Source: an uncultured Chitinophagaceae bacterium (GTDB lineage Bacteria > Bacteroidota > Bacteroidia > Chitinophagales > CAIOSU01). From it: a stretch of DNA of 64,000 bases. The stretch lies in contig CAZFFP010000006.1 in NCBI GenBank assembly GCA_964518215.1, positions 13,704 to 77,703 on the forward strand. The letters run 5' to 3'. The notes beneath the pieces are model-generated. The model was given only the letters and a program-made list of their open reading frames with translations, did no database searches and had not been told where the DNA came from. Positions 58,788 to 64,000 of this stretch are shown here, piece after piece (within the stretch, counting starts at the first letter, position 1; the number at the start of each line of letters is the position of its first letter). Made by a program: the position numbers and the translations under genes.

Positions 58788-59504
58788 TTATTGTCTGTTT
58801 TCGAAATGCAGTTCTAATTCATAGCCCAAAGTAGTATCGGTTAATTTAATCAATCCATTTTCTCCGGCAGTGGCAGGATTGACGGTCCATGCTTTCATCA
58901 GCTCAGAAGCGAATGTAGAACCAAAACTATTGTCATCGCGCACTTCAACATCCCAAGTTTGATTAGAAAGATAAATGTTCTGCTGAGTGAGGTTCCATGT
59001 ATAGGGCAAATCGGCAGGAGTAATATTTGATTTTACAGAAGTAGTGAATTCCCATGAAGTAGAGCCTGCAATTCTGAAACGCACATAAACATCCGGTTCA
59101 GGTCCGGTAGGAATTAATCCGCCTTGGTCCCAAGGGCTGCCATCAGGTTTTGTTACGGCATAATCTTTTAAAACTGCTTTGGTTAAATAACGGGTATAAC
59201 CTTTAACTGTAATTGTAGCAGAGTAGCGGTCTATTTTCTTATCTTTTTTAGACAGCACTTTCATTTGAACCAAATAAGTTCCGGGAGCATCCCATGAATG
59301 AGTAGCAGATTCCCCTTCGGCAGTAGTGCCATCGCCAAAATCCCACTCAATAGTTTCGGCATCGGTAGCGCAGCTTTCAAAAGAAACAGTTTCGCCAATT
59401 TCAACAAAAGTTTTGTCGGCAGTAAAACAGGCGGCAGGTTGTTTTTTGCACGAAGTAATCATAAATGCCATCGGCAAAGCGATAAGAAAAAGTAGTTTTT
59501 TCAT
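58788..59504 (-). CDS. PKD-domain lipoprotein
   Basis: 238 aa. Lipobox MITSC, PKD block WDFGDGTTAEGESATHSWDAPGTYLVQMKV, and a second beta domain of unknown family. Confidence 0.8.
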   Translation of the reverse strand: MKKLLFLIALPMAFMITSCKKQPAACFTADKTFVEIGETVSFESCATDAETIEWDFGDGTTAEGESATHSWDAPGTYLVQMKVLSKKDKKIDRYSATITVKGYTRYLTKAVLKDYAVTKPDGSPWDQGGLIPTGPEPDVYVRFRIAGSTSWEFTTSVKSNITPADLPYTWNLTQQNIYLSNQTWDVEVRDDNSFGSTFASELMKAWTVNPATAGENGLIKLTDTTLGYELELHFENRQ

Positions 59505-59551
59505 TTTTTAAAGTTTAAGTATGCAAATGTAAAAGATATTTTCTTGTGAAA

Positions 59552-60628
59552 TTATTCATCGTAAGAATAAACCACTTTCCCGGTAATGGGTTTCGACTGG
59601 CACGTAAGAATATAACCTTCCTTTATTTCGGCATCAGAAAGCGATTCTCGGTCTGCCATTACTACTTTCCCTTCGCTCACTTTAGCTCTACAAGTGCAGC
59701 AGGCTCCAATCTGACAGGCAAAAGGCGGGTCATAACCGGCATCAAGCGCAGCTTCGAGAATAGATTTTTGTCCGGTATATTTTACTTCAATCCGGTCGCC
59801 ATCGAGTGTTATAAACAAATCGGCTTCTTCTAACGGCTTATCAGATACCGCTTTTGTTTTTTCTTCGGTTTCGGTTTTCAGCGGAGCAGTAAAATATTCC
59901 TTGTGAATTTTTTCTTTTGAAATATTCAGCGAGCTTAATGCTTCATCTATAAGCAGCATCAATCCCGAAGGTCCGCAAATAAAATAGTCTGCCGAATGAA
60001 TTTCAGAGGCCAGCGCTTCTGAAAGAATAGTTTTTATTTTCTCAGCATCCAGCCTGCCTTGCAAGCCGCTCCAAGATGCATTTGCCTCATCGAGATTGTG
60101 AATGATTTTTAATCGCTCGGGATATTGCTGTTGCAATTTTTCGAGCAATGCGCGAAACATAATGGACGATTCATTTCGGTTGGCATAAAAAAGAGTAATG
60201 CGGCTGCCGGTTTCTATCTGTAAAACACTTTTTAAAATTGCCATTAAAGGAGTAATGCCGCTGCCGCCACCTAGCAAAACATAGTGTGCGTGGTTGGCAG
60301 GTGCAGGCTGATGCGTAAAATTTCCCATAGGCTCCATTACCTGAAGCCAGTCGCCTTCTTTCACATGGTCGTTCATGTAAACCGAAACGGCTCCACCGGC
60401 AACTTTTTTCACGCCAATAGCAGGATGCTCTTCTGAAAAAGGATTGCTGCAAATGGAATAAGCTCTTCTTTGTTTGTGCCCGTTTACCTCAACTTCAAAA
60501 GTGAGATACTGACCGGGAATGTATTTGAAATTTTCGTGCAGAGCTTCAGGAATTTCAAAGTGTATAGCTTTAGCATCGGCAGTAAGAGATTCTACGCGGG
60601 CTACTTTAAGAGAATGAAATCGCGACAT
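59552..60628 (-). CDS. FNR-type oxidoreductase with C-terminal plant-type 2Fe-2S ferredoxin domain (PaaE-like)
   Basis: 358 aa. FAD motif RRAYSICS, NAD(P) motif LGGGSGITP, and cluster ligands CQIGACCTC...C. Confidence 0.88.
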   Translation of the reverse strand: MSRFHSLKVARVESLTADAKAIHFEIPEALHENFKYIPGQYLTFEVEVNGHKQRRAYSICSNPFSEEHPAIGVKKVAGGAVSVYMNDHVKEGDWLQVMEPMGNFTHQPAPANHAHYVLLGGGSGITPLMAILKSVLQIETGSRITLFYANRNESSIMFRALLEKLQQQYPERLKIIHNLDEANASWSGLQGRLDAEKIKTILSEALASEIHSADYFICGPSGLMLLIDEALSSLNISKEKIHKEYFTAPLKTETEEKTKAVSDKPLEEADLFITLDGDRIEVKYTGQKSILEAALDAGYDPPFACQIGACCTCRAKVSEGKVVMADRESLSDAEIKEGYILTCQSKPITGKVVYSYDE

Positions 60629-60742
60629 TGTTTTCTGAATAATTTTTTATTGAAGGAATGAACCTGTCGGGAAAAGACTTGTGCGCAAAAATACAAGATG
60701 ATTGTCAGGTGAAGCATGAGGAAGTGATGATGCTTAAAAAAC

Positions 60743-61867
60743 TTAGCGGTTCAGCATAGATATTTTATCATCTTCAGGCATGGCTGCTATCCACTCGCGA
60801 ATGAGTTGCACCCCTTCTTCATGCACCAGTTTGCGGGCAAGTTCGGGCATCATGATGCCGGGGTCGTCAGATTCGATCCTGAAAACCAAAATAGATTCAT
60901 CGGGTTTGCCCGGAACAATATCATGCTTCCGATTGCCAGAGCCACGCCCTGCCGCTACGGGCGATTTGAAAAATCCGTAAGCGGTTTTATTTTCCTGATA
61001 ATAGTCCACGAGATAACCGGAAGTAGAAGCCGGTCCGCCTTCGCTGTGGCAATGCGCGCAATTAATGTCGAGATAAGCGCGGGCACGCATTTCGAGCGAA
61101 GCGTGAGGGTCGTCCATTTTTGGGGCTTTATCAACAGAAGCAAGAGCGGTCATATTTTTCAAAATGCCTTTGCGTTGCCAGTAAGTCAATTGGTTTTCTT
61201 GGGTTCCGTCATGATAAGTAAACTCGCCATTCAATTGCCTTGCCGTAGGACCAATCGGCATCATCTTTCCGTGATTGGTATGGCAGCCCTTACACTGATT
61301 GATATTCGGAATAACATAATTCAAATCTCTTTTTTTTCCATCGCTATGCACCCACGAAACATCTTTTCTTCCTCCGGCTACTTCATATACTGCTTCGGTT
61401 TGCTCTTCATTCCAGATATAAGAGTATGCTTGCCAGCCGTTAGATTCGTGAACAAGTAAGCGGGTTTCTATATTGAAATGTCCTTTCGATGCATCGCGAA
61501 AATCGTTGGGATAGAAAAAGGTTTTAATGATTGTAGTTCCTTCGGGAAAATCGAAAACTGTTTTGGCATGAAACTCAGCCGATGTGCCTTCGGGAAGTTT
61601 TACAAAACGGGCTTTGTGCGCATAGTCAGAAAAAAGAGGCGTGTTCAAATCGTATTTCACCACTCCTTCGGCAGGAATTTGAGCAGCTATGTTTCCGGTA
61701 AAAAATCCATATTCTGAAAGAGTAGCTTTGGCAGTGCCTTTCAGTTTCACATTCATGGCAAGCACATTAGTCTCTTGGGCTTTTGGTTCTTGTTGCTGAG
61801 AGCAACTGTGCAATAAACCTAAAAACGATAAGCAACAAACTATATAATAACGGGCATTCATTACCAT
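60743..61867 (-). CDS. Diheme c-type cytochrome lipoprotein (HNE_0200/SO_2930-like)
   Basis: 374 aa. Lipobox LLHSC and two CxxCH motifs (CKGCH, CAHCH). The family name is from memory. Confidence 0.8.
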   Translation of the reverse strand: MVMNARYYIVCCLSFLGLLHSCSQQQEPKAQETNVLAMNVKLKGTAKATLSEYGFFTGNIAAQIPAEGVVKYDLNTPLFSDYAHKARFVKLPEGTSAEFHAKTVFDFPEGTTIIKTFFYPNDFRDASKGHFNIETRLLVHESNGWQAYSYIWNEEQTEAVYEVAGGRKDVSWVHSDGKKRDLNYVIPNINQCKGCHTNHGKMMPIGPTARQLNGEFTYHDGTQENQLTYWQRKGILKNMTALASVDKAPKMDDPHASLEMRARAYLDINCAHCHSEGGPASTSGYLVDYYQENKTAYGFFKSPVAAGRGSGNRKHDIVPGKPDESILVFRIESDDPGIMMPELARKLVHEEGVQLIREWIAAMPEDDKISMLNR

Positions 61868-61892
61868 CTTTTATTCAAGATTTTTTCTTCAC

Positions 61893-63161
61893 TCAAAGTA
61901 TGATATCTTCTGTTTCTGTTAACGACAAAGTATCGGGCGAAAAGGTTTTGAAAACAACCGGAGCAAGTGCAGGAAGGTTGCATTGATGCTTCGATAAATC
62001 TTTTGAAATATTGGCAAATTCATTTTCGAAATCAATATTGGCAAAAGTGATGTCTCCGTTGTTCGATATGCAAAGCAGTTTTTGTTTTTCTTCTGAAGTA
62101 AGTGCCGGGTCAACAACTCCGTCATACAAAATATCGGGAGTATTCATTTTAAATTTCCACAGAGATAGTTTTCCCAAATCGTTTTTCATATCGGGAATAT
62201 GATACCACGATTGCTCAAAATGATTGTCGCGGATGGAAATAAATTTAGGATAAGGGTCGAACAGCGAGTCTTTAATTTCTTCATTGGTTATAAAATAACT
62301 CACCACCGAAGCATTGGCGGTTTTATGCTTAATAATTTTATTGTTAAACACTTCGACATGGCTGGTAGCCAGCACCATGAAGCCGGTTCCGGCAGGCACA
62401 TTGGCAACAATATTTCCTACGGGCGCAAAATTTCTGTAATTATTCTGCCTTATTTCGTTGTCGAAAATTCTAACCGTGCCGCCTCTTTTCTGTAGCAAAT
62501 CGGGCAGATCGAACACTAATATACCTCCGGTATTGCAGTAAGCAGTATTGTTGTAAACATCGGCAAAATTGGTGTTTTCAATTTCGATACCTGCCACGTT
62601 ATGAAACGCTGTGGAGTTGCGCACAATCACATAATTCGATTGCCCCACATAAATACCCGCATCGGAAGCGCCACTGGCTTCGCAACCATCAATAAGCACA
62701 TTATTGCAGTTTACCGGATACAATCCGTAAGCGCCATTGGTTTCTTTGGGCTTGCCCGACCAGGTGGTGCGCACGTTTAGAAAATTCAAACCTATAATTT
62801 CCTGCGCTTTCACCGCATCGCCTTTGCTGTCCTGCACGGTGAGGTCTTGCAGTGTAATGTTTCTGCCATTGGTGAGGCGAATACCTTCCGCTCCATCGGT
62901 TTGTCCTTTAAACGAAAGATAGGTTTTGTCCATGCCAGCACCACTGATAACGATATTGTTTTTTTCATCGAGCGATAAACTTCCAGAAAAAAGATAATGT
63001 CCTTCGGGAATCATAATCGTGTCGCCATCTTCAGCCATGATGAGTTGCGTTTGCAAATCTTTTTCAATATCGAGCCACGAAATGTTTTCTTCACTTCCGC
63101 AGGAAAACAAGAAAAAAGTAACTGTAAAAAACAGCGCGGTAAATTTTAATGAATGTTGCAT
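61893..63161 (-). CDS. Parallel beta-helix repeat lipoprotein (NosD/CASH-like)
   Basis: 422 aa. Lipobox LFSC and periodic beta-helix rungs (ISGAGMDKT, LTNGRNITL, NCNNVLIDGCEASGASDAGIYVGQSNYVIVRNSTAFHNVAGIEIENT). Confidence 0.8.
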   Translation of the reverse strand: MQHSLKFTALFFTVTFFLFSCGSEENISWLDIEKDLQTQLIMAEDGDTIMIPEGHYLFSGSLSLDEKNNIVISGAGMDKTYLSFKGQTDGAEGIRLTNGRNITLQDLTVQDSKGDAVKAQEIIGLNFLNVRTTWSGKPKETNGAYGLYPVNCNNVLIDGCEASGASDAGIYVGQSNYVIVRNSTAFHNVAGIEIENTNFADVYNNTAYCNTGGILVFDLPDLLQKRGGTVRIFDNEIRQNNYRNFAPVGNIVANVPAGTGFMVLATSHVEVFNNKIIKHKTANASVVSYFITNEEIKDSLFDPYPKFISIRDNHFEQSWYHIPDMKNDLGKLSLWKFKMNTPDILYDGVVDPALTSEEKQKLLCISNNGDITFANIDFENEFANISKDLSKHQCNLPALAPVVFKTFSPDTLSLTETEDIIL

Positions 63162-63259
63162 AATGTAAATTGAACCGTGAAAATAAGGAACAATAAGGAT
63201 TTTGAGTGTGTGATGTGCTATTTACAATTTCAGACTTCTAAATGCTGAACACTACAAAG

Positions 63260-64000
63260 TCAATACAACTTCCCACGCTTCAAAAAATAAGGCAGTAGAA
63301 TTTGTTTGTAAGATTGTTGAATATCGGCTTCTACCAAATCTATTTTATACTGAGCGCATTTCAATTTCAGTTCATGGAAGTATTCCTGCATACGGCTCAC
63401 GTAGTGTTCTTTCACTTGATTGGGTTGCAGTTTAATACGCTCGTTGGTTTCCAAATCAACAAATTCGTAGGGGCGATTTTCAAATTCAAAATCGAGTTCG
63501 CTGCTTTTGTCGCTCACATGAAAAAGCACCACTTCGTGGTTATTATATTTCAGGTGTTGTAATGCAGAAAAAAGTTCTTCCTGATTTTGCAAATTATCCA
63601 TCATATCGCTGAAAATAAGCACCAGCGAGCGTTTGTGAATGTTTTCAGCAATTTCGTGTAAAGCGGTGGCTGCTGCTGTTTGTTTGTTGCGGTTACTTTC
63701 TTTCAACAGTTTTTCCATGTAAGAAAACAACAGTTTCTGATGCACCTGAGTGGAGCGCGCATCGGTATGAATATCTACTTTATCGGAAAAAATACTCAAC
63801 CCGAATGCATCGCGCTGACGTTTCAGCAAATAGATAATAGAGGCAGCCGCGATAATCGAAAACTGAATTTTGTTCTGCTTCACTTTTTCGGGATAAAACA
63901 TAGACGAAGAAGCATCTATCACAATCTGGCAGCGCAAATTGGTTTCTTCTTCGTAGCGTTTGGTATAAAGCCTTCCGGTGCGGGCATACACTTTCCAATC
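63260..64000 (-). CDS. DUF58 (vWA-like) protein, N-terminus beyond the window edge
   Basis: The reading frame is open to the window edge. It contains YTKRYEEETNLRCQIVIDASSSM and LVLIFSDM, typical of the DUF58 proteins of MoxR/Bat-type operons. Confidence 0.75.
   Translation of the reverse strand, partial: DWKVYARTGRLYTKRYEEETNLRCQIVIDASSSMFYPEKVKQNKIQFSIIAAASIIYLLKRQRDAFGLSIFSDKVDIHTDARSTQVHQKLLFSYMEKLLKESNRNKQTAAATALHEIAENIHKRSLVLIFSDMMDNLQNQEELFSALQHLKYNNHEVVLFHVSDKSSELDFEFENRPYEFVDLETNERIKLQPNQVKEHYVSRMQEYFHELKLKCAQYKIDLVEADIQQSYKQILLPYFLKRGKLY

Overview
This is a 64-kb chromosomal segment that looks like Bacteroidota. Evidence: T9SS type A and type B C-terminal sorting domains, SprB/PKD/Ig-like adhesin repeats, candidate -33 TTTG / -7 TAnnTTTG promoter boxes, an atpBEFHAG operon without atpDC, and an rplM-rpsI-rpsB-tsf cluster. 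I can support about 50 protein genes, one tRNA (Cys-GCA), one decayed tRNA-like cloverleaf, several rho-independent terminators and a few candidate regulatory repeats. The backbone is housekeeping: recA, nth, tsaC/sua5, gltA, pyrD, a cold-shock gene, frr, pyrH, a stand-alone MetH homocysteine-binding domain, mscL, dusB, F1Fo ATP synthase and ribosomal proteins. Interspersed are envelope and secreted accessory genes: five T9SS cargo genes (three of 1200-1500 aa), a PadR-PspC module, an SPFH-Arc pair, and an MBOAT/glycosyltransferase/CPBP/carbamoyltransferase cluster. I found no transposase, integrase, CRISPR array, rRNA or recognisable defence system. I cannot claim a clearly novel multi-gene system. 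The observations most worth a second look are: (1) a 1482-aa T9SS type-B cargo with four tandem C-type-lectin-like domains, each keeping the EPN and WND sugar/Ca motifs; (2) a tRNA-Gln-like cloverleaf with an ochre-suppressor-type TTA anticodon but damaged stems; (3) a single in-frame TAA splitting an SGNH hydrolase from its T9SS sorting domain; (4) an SPFH-Arc (ribbon-helix-helix) gene pair preceded by three 11-bp phased direct repeats; (5) a lipoprotein pair of a parallel beta-helix protein and a diheme cytochrome c of unknown function; (6) a membrane pseudokinase with WG repeats. All family assignments come from motif reading by eye, with no database search.
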